A stretch of 63,395 bases of DNA, counting the filler, from Lenisia limosa (lineage: Eukaryota > Protista > Breviatea): assembly GCA_001655205.1 (NCBI GenBank). It is 10 parts of 10 records of this genome, joined end to end, with 100 filler letters (N's around TTAATTAATTAA, not from the genome) between each part and the next. Parts side by side here need not be neighbours in the genome. Positions count along the whole stretch, not along the records: positions 50,684 to 52,183 come from LPNZ01004268.1; positions 52,284 to 54,075 come from LPNZ01010735.1; positions 54,176 to 55,618 come from LPNZ01004389.1; positions 55,719 to 60,233 come from LPNZ01011692.1; positions 60,334 to 62,097 come from LPNZ01000277.1; positions 62,198 to 63,395 come from LPNZ01002298.1; 4 more parts are not named here. One strand, 5' to 3'. This document shows, in pieces, positions 50,757 to 63,395 of this stretch. The notes beneath the pieces are model-generated. The model had not been told where the DNA came from. It worked only from the letters and a program-made list of their open reading frames with translations, and made no database searches. Made by a program: the position numbers and the translations under genes. Each line of letters begins with the position of its first letter. The first letter of the stretch is position 1.

Positions 50757-51890
50757 TGGATCGGCGTCATCGCAGCGTTTGGCGGAAGCCGAGCACCACG
50801 CCGCACTCTTAGCTTCGGAAGTGGAGCGGCTTAAGGCTAAGGTGGGCGGGTATCATATCATATCGATATATCATGGAATGTAATAAGCGAAATTAAAATG
50901 GTGCATGTTTTTATTTACTCTTTAGGAGACTCCTGAGTTGCATGATATGATGAGAGATCTGAAGATCATTGAGGTTGGTCCGGTGGTTTGATGTGTTTTT
51001 AATACTTTTGGAGACTTTGAAGTTGATTAAATGAAATCTATGGACAGAACATAGCTTAGTTGAATGCTCTACTTTTGTATGTCATATTTTTTCTTTGATT
51101 TGCAGTTTTTTTGGACTAAAGGGAGCATGACTTGTATGTACTTGTTCCCCCATATTGTGTTCACCAATCATTTTCTTTTATAGGGCTTCACTTGGGTTCG
51201 AAAAAGACCTTAAAATATCGATAGTTTTTGAGGATTTATCGAGAAATTCAGTTTTTTTTTAACCGAAATGAAGCCCTAATTGGGATACAAAATACTGTAC
51301 ATGGGTACACACTTAACCCAGTTACACCATCCTTCGTTTCACCGAGTCAGAACGAGCATAACATAGCCGAAGGCGAATGGTTACGTGACCGCAAGATCTT
51401 GGAGAAGAAGATTTTCAGGCTTACTGAAGTGAGGGAGAGGGGGGTATACTGAGCATATTGATAACCAACAGAGTTGATTTTTGGCTACTTTTGTTTCATT
51501 AATTTTCCATTGTTCTCACTCTCCCCCCCCCCCNNNNNNNNNNNNNNNNNNNNNNNNNNNNNNNNNNNNNNNNNNNNNNNNNNNNNNNNNNNNNNNNNNN
51601 NNNNNNNNNNNNNNNNNNNNNNNNNNNNNNNNNNNNNNNNNNNNNNNNNNNNNNNNNNNNNNNNNNNNNNNNNNNNNNNNNNNNNNNNNNNNAGCCAGGA
51701 CTGCCCAGTAGGGTGGCTGGTTTGTCATTTATTAGTATTGGGACTGCGCAGCAATGTTTCCTTATTTTTAACATTAATCATGGATTTTTTCTTGTTTTTA
51801 CACTTTATTTTCGAATTTTTTTTCCTTTTTACCTGGTGCAGACAGCCTCAACGCGGACGGTCACCGACTCAGCGCGGGAGACCCCAAGGT
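50757..51890 (+). CDS. Fragment of a coiled-coil protein
   Basis: Exons QRLAEAEHHAALLASEVERLKAK / ETPELHDMMRDLKIIE / NEHNIAEGEWLRDRKILEKKIFRLTE in phase. Confidence 0.5.
51183..51276. mobile_element. MITE family A, near-consensus copy
   Basis: TA|GGGCTTCACTTGGGTT...AACCGAAATGAAGCCC|TA. Confidence 0.85.
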
Positions 51891-52057
51891 GGGGGGAAGG
51901 AGGTAAATTCGTATTTATATGAAAGGACTTGCTATTTTCAACCACAAATGAAAGAACTGTGTGTCACAGTTTAATCGCACTATTATCTACATTTCCTTGT
52001 TGTTACGTTCTATCTCCAGTCATCGTTTGTACCCGAATTATGACCATATCACTAGTA

Positions 52058-52153
52058 AGGCTTCACTTCGATTCAAAAAAAGACAGAATTTCTGGATAAA
52101 TCCTCGAAAACTCTCGATATTTTATCGGTATTTTCCGAACCGAAGTGAAGCCT
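52058..52153. mobile_element. MITE family A copy
   Basis: AGGCTTCACTTCG...CGAAGTGAAGCCT. Confidence 0.8.
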
Positions 52154-52319
52154 TGATCGCAGAAGCGACTGGCCTGGGCTTTGNNNNNNNNNNNNNNNNN
52201 NNNNNNNNNNNNNNNNNNNNNNNNNNNTTAATTAATTAANNNNNNNNNNNNNNNNNNNNNNNNNNNNNNNNNNNNNNNNNNNNGATACAGCTATATGTGT
52301 ATATATCTATATAGCTATA

Positions 52320-52361
<42 letters not shown>

Positions 52362-52784
52362 GCACGCAATCGCAACATACACAACCAGGAAAATAACATA
52401 TGAAGATCTTTAAAGCAGGGTGCCTATCCAGAAACTAAATCACAAATAGAGCGTACCTGCTTGGTTTTTGTTTTACTGTTATAACAGTTGTTTTAGTTGC
52501 AAGAGAGCAAATGTTTTAATTGTCATACTGACCATATTTTTTTTGCTAAATTCAAGTAAAAAGTAGTTAAAAGATAAAGTCACCGAAACTTTTTGTTCGG
52601 ACATCCCGTGACAATTCTGGGCACCCTGCTTTAATATTAACATTCACCCTCAGAAGGAAAGTNNNNNNNNNNNNNNNNNNNNNNNNNNNNNNNNNNNNNN
52701 NNNNNNNNNNNNNNNNNNNNNNNNNNNNNNNNNNNNNNNNNNNNNNNNNNNNNNNNNNNNNNNNNNNNNNNNNNNNNNNNNNNA

Positions 52785-53808
52785 AGGCTTCAGAGGCTCT
52801 AAAGGCGGTTTTGGCCACTATTGCTCTTCCAGCTCTACAGAGGTGTGTAATGTAATATGTAATACTATAAGCCCATACAACATTATAGGGGGGTGAATTT
52901 TGGTTGGTCAGATGCTCACCACAAGGGTTTTACTTCGGTTCAAAAAAAGACTGATTTCATCGATAAATCGTCGAAAACCATCGATATTTCCCAGGAACCG
53001 AAGTGAAGCCCACCACTCTGTTTTATACGTTATACCCTGATCCGCTTTCCCCTCGCTACTTCTTATTGTCTCACCTCGCGATTGGATACGATGCTGCAGA
53101 AGCGACTGGTCCAGGCTTTGTGTGTTTTGTTGGTTATCAACCCCGTGTGTTATCAGCAATACATAGATTTTAATTTTCCAATTTTACCCCCCCCCCCAGA
53201 CTTGAGGAACTGAACCAACCAACAGAGGCCCTTCAAGAAGCAGTGGATTCGGCGCGGAGCATTCTGGAAGAAGATGTTGAAANNNNNNNNNNNNNNNNNN
53301 NNNNNNNNNNNNNNNNNNNNNNNNNNNNNNNNNNNNNNNNNNNNNNNNNNNNNNNNNNNNNNNNGGATTTATCGAGAATATTCGCGACGATGATTTAATA
53401 AGAATGCTATTTTTTTAGCCCACAGAGTCGATTAATTATTATTATCATTATTGTTATCTTATATTTCATAAAAGTGTTTAATTTCACTTGCAGGTTGACT
53501 GTGAACTCTTCATCTCGAATCCCCTGGATAACACAGGGGAAAACGAGGAATCTTCTGAAGCCGAGGAAATCCCCACAAGCGACGACGAAATCGAGGAGGA
53601 GGTAAGGGCCATGATTAGGAAGAAATTTTACCGGTCTTTGTTGTACCGAAATAATGTATGTATATTGTGACCACAATTAATGCCGTATTTCTACCTGAAT
53701 TATATATCACATGCATGATAACCGTATTTTGACAAGATTGATTGTTTTTACTGAATTAGACTCTTCTCCGAGCTGAATCTGGACTTGGTGACGGCCCTCT
53801 TCCAACCT
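52785..53808 (+). CDS. Fragment of an unidentified acidic protein
   Basis: Exons EALKAVLATIALPALQ, LEELNQPTEALQEAVDSARSILEEDVE, VDCELFISNPLDNTGENEESSEAEEIPTSDDEIEEE. Confidence 0.45.
52925..53011. mobile_element. MITE family A copy
   Basis: GGGTTTTACTTCGGTT...AACCGAAGTGAAGCCC. Confidence 0.75.
53095..53199 (+). repeat. Intron 3' cassette family F, complete copy ending at the acceptor AG
   Basis: gcagaagcgactggtccaggctttgtgtgttttgttggttatcaaccccgtgtgttatcagc...ttttccaattttacccccccccccag; shared with 1-66, 24180-24268, 50684-50756 and 63305-63395. Confidence 0.7.
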
Positions 53809-53881
53809 GTAGGGGGGGGGGGTAAACGTTTATTATTAAATATGGAGATGAGTTAATTTAATTCTAGAGGCAACAGCTTTA

Positions 53882-53977
53882 GGGCTTCACTTCAGTTCGA
53901 AAAAAGACTGAAATTTTCGATAAATCTTCGAAAATTATTGATATTTTAGTAGACTTTTTCGAACAGAAGTCAAGCCC
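53882..53977. mobile_element. MITE family A copy
   Basis: TA|GGGCTTCACTTCAGTTCG...CGAACAGAAGTCAAGCCC. Confidence 0.8.
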
Positions 53978-54382
53978 AAAAATCTTCCTTCTTATCACTT
54001 GGTCTCTTATCCCCCCTTTCGAGTCCGTCCATCCACAATCCAAACGTCATCACCCCCAATACACGTATATTTAGTNNNNNNNNNNNNNNNNNNNNNNNNN
54101 NNNNNNNNNNNNNNNNNNNTTAATTAATTAANNNNNNNNNNNNNNNNNNNNNNNNNNNNNNNNNNNNNNNNNNNNGGGGGGGTGGAGGGTATATTAGCAA
54201 TGAGAAATATAAATAAGGTTGGCCTGGCCGTAGCCATCCACACCATCACTCTGTTTAATTTAATAGATTAGTTGAGGGAGGTTTGTTACAAGTAGTAATA
54301 TATAAGGGGATCGATATATCATATGATGTATCAAATACTTTTTAGAGATATCTTTATTATTTTGTTTCCATTATCGTCCTTA

Positions 54383-55618
54383 GATATGTTCTATGCGAGT
54401 AAGAACTTTTCGCGCGGTCGTACAGTTTCCGACCAAAATGCCAGGCGAAATGCTGACGACAGTGGGAGGTGGCTATTATTGTTTTGTACCTTGACATCTA
54501 AATACTATCAATTTACACTGGAAAGAAAGTACGGAATGGAATTGTCCTAATACAGTTTATACAGATAAGAGGGAAGGTCTTCTTTTATTTTTAGTATTTT
54601 TAATATTTACGCCAATATTCTTCGCTTTTATTTCCTTCGTTTTACATATGAAATGCTGTGCTGCAAAGCAACAGGCCTGGTCTTTTTTTATTATTATTGT
54701 TATCTATCCTTGTGTATGANNNNNNNNNNNNNNNNNNNNNNNNNNNNNNNNNNNNNNNNNNNNNNNNNNNNNNNNNNNNNNNNNNNNNNNNNNNNNNNNN
54801 NNNNNNNNNNNNNNNNNNNNNNNNNNNNNNNNNTTTTTCAATTTTACTCTGCTAGGTCTCATGCAGCTCCAAAAGCTCTGTATGACCGAGTCTTGCAGAA
54901 GGGAGCACATTCTGAGATTCTTCGGTGAAACAGACGTGAAATGCAGTGGATGTGATAATTGCGACGCAATGAAATCAGGCGCTACCAGTATGTTACCCGT
55001 GGTTTTACTCGGAATTATGGTGGACGTTTCGGTCGTTATAGTGGTTTTATGTTACTGTGATCTTTTTCTCATAAAGTAATCAATCCAAAAACAAACTCCA
55101 TTCATATAACCCGGTTTAGAAGATGCCAAAATTGATGTCACAAAAGAGGCTCGACTTTTCTGTCAGGCTGTGTCCGATGTGGGCGAGGTATAATGTCAGT
55201 TGTATGTCGGTTATCGGTTCGGTTGTCGGTTCGGTTCGGTTCAACCCGTATCTTTTTTTAAAAAAAAACTCACTGGCATAGACAGGCGGACGCTTTGGTA
55301 TTGGGCGGCCTGCTGATGTACTCCGCGGATCTAAAAAGAAGGGCGTGGGAGGGGATGTTGATGGTGTTGTTGTTGTTGATGATGATGGTAATGGTGGTGA
55401 TGATGATGTTGTTGTTGTGATAGTGATGATGATGATGTTGTTGTTGTTAATGATGATGATGCTGATGATGATGATGATTAGATGAGTACATGTAACAACA
55501 ACGTCCTTATTTTCCCTTATTTACCCAGATGGAAATGAGCTTCAATGTAAAGAGCTTTGCCCAAGGCAGGGAGAAGCCCCGTGACTTCTGGACCGAACTG
55601 GGCACGCTCTTGACTGCT
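54383..55618 (+). CDS. RecQ-family helicase fragment (Zn-binding and RQC domains; WRN/RecQ-like)
   Basis: CMTESCRREHILRFFGETDVKCSGCDNC (RecQ Zn-binding), IDVTKEARLFCQAV, GGRFGIGRPADVLRGSK, FAQGREKPRDFWTELGTLL (RQC). Confidence 0.85.
55355..55480. repeat. (GAT/GTT)n microsatellite in a RecQ intron
   Basis: Seen directly. Confidence 0.85.
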
Positions 55619-56559
55619 NNNNNNNNNNNNNNNNNNNNNNNNNNNNNNNNNNNNNNNNNNNNTTAATTAATTAANNNNNNNNNNNNNNNNNNNNNNNNNN
55701 NNNNNNNNNNNNNNNNNNCAATGACGAACTTACTCGCTCAATTGTGGGATGGGGGTGCTCTGTGTATTATTTATGCATATTAGAGCTGAATGGTGTGATC
55801 GTTGTATTTTTAATATCATATAATGATATATGACATGAGTAATATTATTATGTAATATTAGGTACATATAATACATAGAGTATAAATATTGTGTAGCTAT
55901 ATTTATTTATCTAATTGTATCATCTTGTGTGTATATTATATCATATATAGTTAGGGGTTCCCTGCACTCCGAAATGTACCGATAAAATATTGATTTTTTT
56001 CAAGGATTTAGAGAGATTCAGTCTTTTTTGGGACTAGTTATAAGCTATCATATATTATTATGGCATATACTATGGGGTATGTAATATGAATAATTAAATA
56101 ATTTAAGGTGGTTCAGTCCTTTTTTTGGTTTTGAAAAAAATCATAAAAGTGTGGTAAGTAATTAAAATGAGCCTTCGGGATAATTCCGGAGGGTAATTTG
56201 AGTGTGTGAGAGTCATCACAGCTGATTCACTTCACATTGTTTGTTTGTTCCTGGTTTGCAATTAAGCCCCTTTCTTCTTTGAACCTCACCCTTTTAGTCA
56301 ACCGCGTCATGGCAGGAATGGAGTAGGATTTTGGCTATATTTGGCTGTTTTTTTGGCTCTGGCTGTTTTTTTGGCAAAAATGGGAATATTTTGGAAATTG
56401 TCGGATGTGATGATAGGGGATATGAGATGATGGATTTTTCACTCATCGTCATTATTTCAGTAATGTGTAATGTCATATCAGTGATATTTTGGTGATGTTT
56501 TATCCTCCTGTGCATATTACATATGTAAGTTCACCCATATCTACTAGATATAGGATCAT

Positions 56560-56740
56560 ATAACCGACTTTCAAGTCGAAATGATGAGCGAAGATAACAT
56601 GAGTTCATCCCGAGTGTATCGGAGTATCATTTCGACTTGTCGGTCAATTATCATATGAGTGGATATGGGGTATCATATCACCGCGTGGAAAATGATAGTT
56701 CACACGTGTGAAAATGATCCAAAAAGTGCTATTATATCAA
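56560..56740 (-). repeat. Dispersed repeat family G copy with an internal 14-bp perfect hairpin
   Basis: caagtcgaaatgat (56572-56585) / atcatttcgacttg (56626-56639); homologous to 13840-13990. Confidence 0.6.
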
Positions 56741-56867
56741 ATCGTATACCATATCGAATGCTTTTCACTTGAGATTCCCAACGATCCGAAAAAGACCGGT
56801 AAACTATCTTTATGATACATTTTTCAATGGAGAATTTTCTGCAAATTATCACAACTGACTTTGCAGT

Positions 56868-59800
56868 GTTCGTGTCAATTTGCTATATCAACACCAAATC
56901 TACTGGCGGGTACAACGTGAAGATCAAAGTTTGTTGGTTGCTGAAACGAGTAGTGTTTCTGGTTCCACTGATTGTTTCCTGTGATTGTGATGATACATCC
57001 TTCTTCATCAGAAGACGCAACAGCAAAACGAAACCCTTCTTTATTGGACATATACTCTGTTCAATAGGCTTTGAGTTGTTAATATAGGCTTTCATCCATG
57101 TTAACTCATATTAACACAGGCCTTAATCCATGTTAACCAATATTTACACAGGCTTTTCATCATTTAGAGTTGTTAATGCTGGATTTTTAATCATTTAGAC
57201 TGCATCAGATGTTGACTATCGAGACGCTTATCACAGCGAAATTGTTTGGGACATGCGTAGGGGGGAGTGGGGAGACAATTTATGAATACTGTTAAGTTTT
57301 ACTTCACTTTACTATCCAATATCGCTTATGAGCGTGATGATGTGGACGGCTTCAGCTACAACCTTGTTATATTTCTCATCCATCTACATATATGATATTA
57401 TTGAAACCCTTAGGTCCTCATGGTTACAAATGCTCGTCGCCCCTCCACGGCCATTGCTGCATTGAGCCTACACCGATATGCGGAGACGGGTGGGGGGGGG
57501 GGGNNNNNNNNNNNNNNNNNNNNNNNNNNNNNNNNNNNNNNNNNNNNNNNNNNNNNNNNNNNNNNNNNNNNNNNNNNNNACGAAGTGAAGCCCTAGTTGT
57601 GATCTTGTTTTTATGATATATTTTTTCGAGGGGCTATTTTTTATTTTGTTTTAATGATTTTTATTGTTTTAATGATTTTTATTGTTTTAAGGTAGTTAAG
57701 TCCTTTTTATTCTACTGGTTATTGAGGTTTTGCAACTGATAACGTGTTGTTAGTACAAAAACATTGATTTTGAAACATGTTGTGTGTCTTGTATAAAAGT
57801 TTAAGAGATGGATTATTTTATTTCTCTGTTGAAACCTATCCCTTCCTAGTGTAAGGATATTGAGATCGGTATATTGAAAGCCAGGATTGCAGTGTCAGGA
57901 GGACAACCATGTTGGACGATTGTGTATAGGGTTAAAACCCATAACACCTACCCTTCATGGAGCCCTATTGTGTATTGATTGAAGAAACATATATAGAGCC
58001 TAGAAAAAACTCAAAAATATTTCAAAAGAGGAATTGTTATTCATATTTTTTGTTAAATCTCAGATGAACTGAAATTAGTCTCTTAACATATTTACGATAT
58101 TACAATTGTGCGATTATGTAATCTGTTGTTGCTATCATTGTTTACATCCCTCTTACCTGAAATAAAACTATCATTAAACACACTGCTGCATTTAAGACTA
58201 TTTTTTGATTTTGGAAAAAAATAACAAAAATGTTGTAACTAATTAAAAAGCGCAGGGTACTTTTTGTATGAAATGGCGTCGGGCAGAAAAACGTAATAAT
58301 GCCCAATTTTAGACGTTTTTGGGCTTCGCTTTTTTTCACCTTTTTGGGGTTTAAACACTTGAGGAATTTGAATAATTTAAGTGACTACACACAACAAATA
58401 CCTACTCATTATTGATATTATAGTATTAGCCTCATATAGCCTCGGTTAGGCACATTCCATGCAATTTTCACCCATTTTTAGATTTTCCGTGTCAAGGCAA
58501 TTTTTTACAAAAAACTACCCTGCGGAATTATCTCATTTTAATTACTTACCACATTATTATTATTTTTTTCCAAAATAAAAAAAAGTACTGAACCGCCTTA
58601 ATGTTTTCTATTGATTTAACGGACTTTATTGTTTTAATGCTTTTTATTTGGTTGTAATGACTTTATATGGGGAGTGGTGTGTAGTTGTAATTCTTAGCAA
58701 AACATTATACTCTATCAAAGTGATCATATTACACCCAGTTCTCGTGGTTGAATTGTCAATTTTTGATATGATATGTAGGATAGTATAGATATTTATTTTT
58801 TACAATTATACAATGTGATAGTGTGGACGTACAAGGCTACAAACATCTGGATATTATTTGATTTACAACTCCAAGCAAGGCTGTAATAACATAACTTATT
58901 CTTCGCAGAAAGCTGACCTACATGGAGCGCTATCACTCCAACTACGGCCCGGACTATTGTGACGACGGCAACACTGTCAGCGGCGACGGCTGCTCGTCCA
59001 CGTGCAAACGCGAACCAGGGTTCAGGTGGGTAGGTTATGTATTATTACTCTAATCCAATATCTCTTCTAAGCGTGATGGCGTGGACGGCTTCGGTCAGAT
59101 ACTAAAATCCAATATCTCTTCTAAGCATGGTGTGGACGGCTTCGGCCAGATACACATTTATGTTTTGCTATATATAACTGATTCTCTAGATGCTGGACCG
59201 AGTCAGCTTCCGGCCCGCACAAGTGTGTAAATCTCAATGAAGTACGACGGGGCCTTATTTGAGGGGGTATTGGCAATGCATATAGTATTTTAGATTTAGC
59301 ATTGTGCAATTCTTCTAGGGACTCACTCCAATAAGAAACAGATCGGTAAACTATCGAAATACATGTATGTAATATATCGATGTTTTATCGATTATTAATC
59401 GAAGAAAGCCCTATTAACATTAAATAATTCGGATTGTTGTTTTTAGACTTATAGACAATCCGCAATAACTCTCAATTTGATATCCCTGATTTCTAGTATT
59501 ATTTCGCCTGTTTCAAAAAAAATACGATTCTTTACCATTTTTTTCCTAACCCCTCCCCGCGTAGTGTATTGCGTGCTCTCCCACTGAGTTGCGCTACAAA
59601 CCCACCCACTCCGACGGGCACACCTGTGTCAATTTCGGCACCCAAGTTGACCCCTATGCCTGTGGCGACTTCGGCGTATGGGGGGGGGTGAATTTCCGGG
59701 TGGAATGCGGGAATTTACACGTACATATAAGATGCAATTGTTGGGGAAAATAGGGCTTCCGTTTGAGATTGATGGGGGTGTGGATGAGATGCAATTAGGG

Positions 59801-60233
59801 CTTCACTTCAGTTCGAAAAATACCGGCACAATATCGATAGTAATGGAGGATTTATCGTGAAATTCAGTCTTTTTTCGAACCAAAAATATATTGTCTGGGT
59901 GAAATGCGGCATGTATGAGATGTAATTGTATGGGAAAATAGGGGTTGCTGTTGGGGGTCTGCTGGAATATAAAGGCAGTGGATGATATGGGTTTTTGGAC
60001 TGGATTGGTGGGAGTTTGGGGGGTTTTGTTTGGGTGAGTGGTGTGGTCGGATGTGATGATGATATAATGATGTATATGTTCAGTCTCTTTTTGAACCGAA
60101 GTGAAGCCCTAATCTGCAGCACTCTCAATGATTTTGTTTCACGTAATTTTCAATATATTTAACGTCCATAGATCTGCAGTGACATTCTGAATGGCGGCGG
60201 TTGGCAGTGTACCTGTCAGGAAGGCTCTAGATA
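56868..60233 (+). CDS. Cys-rich surface protein with Myxococcus-type cysteine-rich (DUF4215) and EGF-like repeats (fragment)
   Basis: PICGDG (57480), YCDDGNTVSGDGCSSTCKREPGF (58950-59027), ICSDILNGGGWQCTCQEG (60172-60230). Confidence 0.75.
58185..58601. mobile_element. Family E inverted-repeat element; right end ...ACTGAACCGCC|TTAA; a further terminal copy at 56103-56200
   Basis: 58510-58601 reverse-complemented aligns with 56103-56200 and, more degenerately, with 58190-58265. Confidence 0.55.
59798..60109. mobile_element. MITE family A copy with about 200 bp of internal insertion and a duplicated right end
   Basis: TA|GGGCTTCACTTCAG...cagtctttttcgaac (to 59880), then cagtctctttttgaaccgaagtgaagccc|TA (60081-60111). 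Confidence 0.6.
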
Positions 60234-60411
60234 NNNNNNNNNNNNNNNNNNNNNNNNNNNNNNNNNNNNNNNNNNNNTTAATTAATTAANNNNNNNNNNN
60301 NNNNNNNNNNNNNNNNNNNNNNNNNNNNNNNNNGACGACCACCACCATTACAAACCACGACGACCACCACCACCATTACAAACCACGACGACCACCACCA
60401 CAAACCCCCAC

Positions 60412-61863
<1,452 letters not shown>

Positions 61864-62298
61864 CTGCGGGAAGTAAACGAAGGAAGTTATGATGATCAAA
61901 GGAAATTATGATGATGCGTCGTAACAGGGGGAAGTAAATGAAGATTTTTATGATGAAAGAGCAAAATGGAGCCTCTGCGATACTCGTTTCAAAATCTACA
62001 CTCTACCCCCCTCACTCGCTGTACTATAGTCTCATAAAATAGCTATATTGTTATCTTTCTCAGACTATATCTATATCATTGTATATATACAAACATANNN
62101 NNNNNNNNNNNNNNNNNNNNNNNNNNNNNNNNNNNNNNNNNTTAATTAATTAANNNNNNNNNNNNNNNNNNNNNNNNNNNNNNNNNNNNNNNNNNNNTAT
62201 ATTATTTCCATATGATATATTATATAGTATACTATATCATATGTTTCAAATAGCTACATACGTATAATTTTCCATCTTTACTTCTCCCCTAACCTTCC

Positions 62299-62806
62299 AG
62301 GAGTGGGTGAGCAAATGGTCAAAAAAGCTCAGAAACGAATCCGGTCCTCCAGACTCAAAAACGAAAAACAATTCGTGGGGGGGGGGGGGNNNNNNNNNNN
62401 NNNNNNNNNNNNNNNNNNNNNNNNNNNNNNNNNNNNNNNNNNNNNNNNNNNNNNNNNNNNNNNNNNNNNNNNNNNNNNNNNNNNNNNNNNNNNNNNNNNN
62501 NNNNNNNNNNNNNNNNNNNNNNNNNNNNNNNNNNNNNNNNNNNNNNNNNNNNNNNNNNNNNNNNNNNNNNNCCCGCTCGCATTTTTGGCTCATCTAAAAA
62601 GGTGGTGGCAGCGTCTATAGTTTAAAAATAAAAAGTGAAAAAAGTTTTCTCCTACATATTATCAGGTATACCACACATTGACACAACATATTCATTTTTC
62701 TAGGAAGAAGAAATGGCGTTCCTCGTCTCGAACCAAACCCGGTCCCTCCCAGCCCAGCGACTCGCTTACTTGTTGCCTGTCCCACCATCGTCCGCTCCTA
62801 ATGCAC
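62299..62806 (+). CDS. Two exons of an unidentified gene
   Basis: AG/GT-bounded open segments at 62299-62375 and 62704-62806; frame ambiguous. Confidence 0.35.
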
Positions 62807-62953
62807 CGTATGGGGAGGGGGGGGACAAGTGGAAAAATTATGAGACAAAAAAGCCAAAATCGGGGATTAAAAACGAATGTAGCTGACCAAGTTGGTTGGA
62901 TACGAGGTGCAATAGTGTTGTGAACAATAATAGTAGTAGTTTATTATATGATA

Positions 62954-63100
62954 GGGGGGAGGCACGCAGAAAGCTGTGTGTTCGGTGTTGTAAGGCAAAT
63001 GATTGGGTGAATTAATATGATACTATAATTCAATATCTCTCACGGCGTGATGGTGTAGACGGCTTCGGCCAGAGACAACCTTATTTTTATTTCTCATTGC
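62954..63100 (+). repeat. Dispersed repeat family B, best-preserved copy
   Basis: Reference copy used for the by-eye alignments. Confidence 0.8.
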
Positions 63101-63395
63101 TATATCTTATATATAGCTATGTCTTAAATAGAATTCGGGGGAACATCATCCGCTCCTAAAGTACAGTAAAAAGGGGACAAGAATAACATTCTTCATCGAA
63201 AATTCCTTCGTTTTACTCCCCCAAGGCCTCTCCCCTTGTATTAGATATGATGTATGTCTCCCCACCCCTGTATTATATTTTTCACGTACGCTGGAATGAT
63301 GGGATGCTTTGTTTGTTTTGTTGTCATCAACCGTCGTGTGTAGTTAGCCAGCAGAGTTGATTTCGGCCTTGTTTTGTTTCATGAATTTTCCAATT

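Overview
Intron-rich eukaryotic (probably protist) genomic DNA from a draft assembly. Nine artificial N44-TTAATTAATTAA-N44 linkers join ten scaffolds, so adjacency across linkers is not biological. Genes reconstructed by hand from exons: ZNHIT2-type zf-HIT protein (-), an RCC1-repeat protein with a Cys-rich N-terminus (+), YIPF1/2-like protein (+), UPF0045/Ecm15 thiamine-binding-family protein (-), an FN3/LamG surface protein (+), VPS13 (-, about 14 kb), a signal-peptide and GPI-tail M23 metallopeptidase (+), a class I sirtuin (+), a RecQ helicase fragment (+), a DUF4215/EGF-like Cys-rich protein (+), an MCM2 fragment (-) and several unidentified exon sets. The standout is 7.2-8.9 kb, which looks like a CRISPR-style repeat array. 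On the minus strand it resolves into an apparently non-coding multi-exon host transcript in which each of seven consecutive introns carries one box C/D RNA or candidate. These are four identical copies of a dual-guide C/D RNA with no target I could recognise, two copies of a U61/SNORD61-like RNA, and one further candidate. In all seven, box D lies 53-58 nt from the 3' splice site. Second theme: introns outside the central scaffold appear built from a small kit of shared modules (a palindromic MITE, a sense-biased 140-bp element, acceptor-supplying 3' cassettes, G-runs and C-runs), and several splice junctions have nearby degenerate duplicates. The central 25.7-kb scaffold has mostly short unique introns and almost none of these repeats. 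All gene models are manual and lack RNA support.
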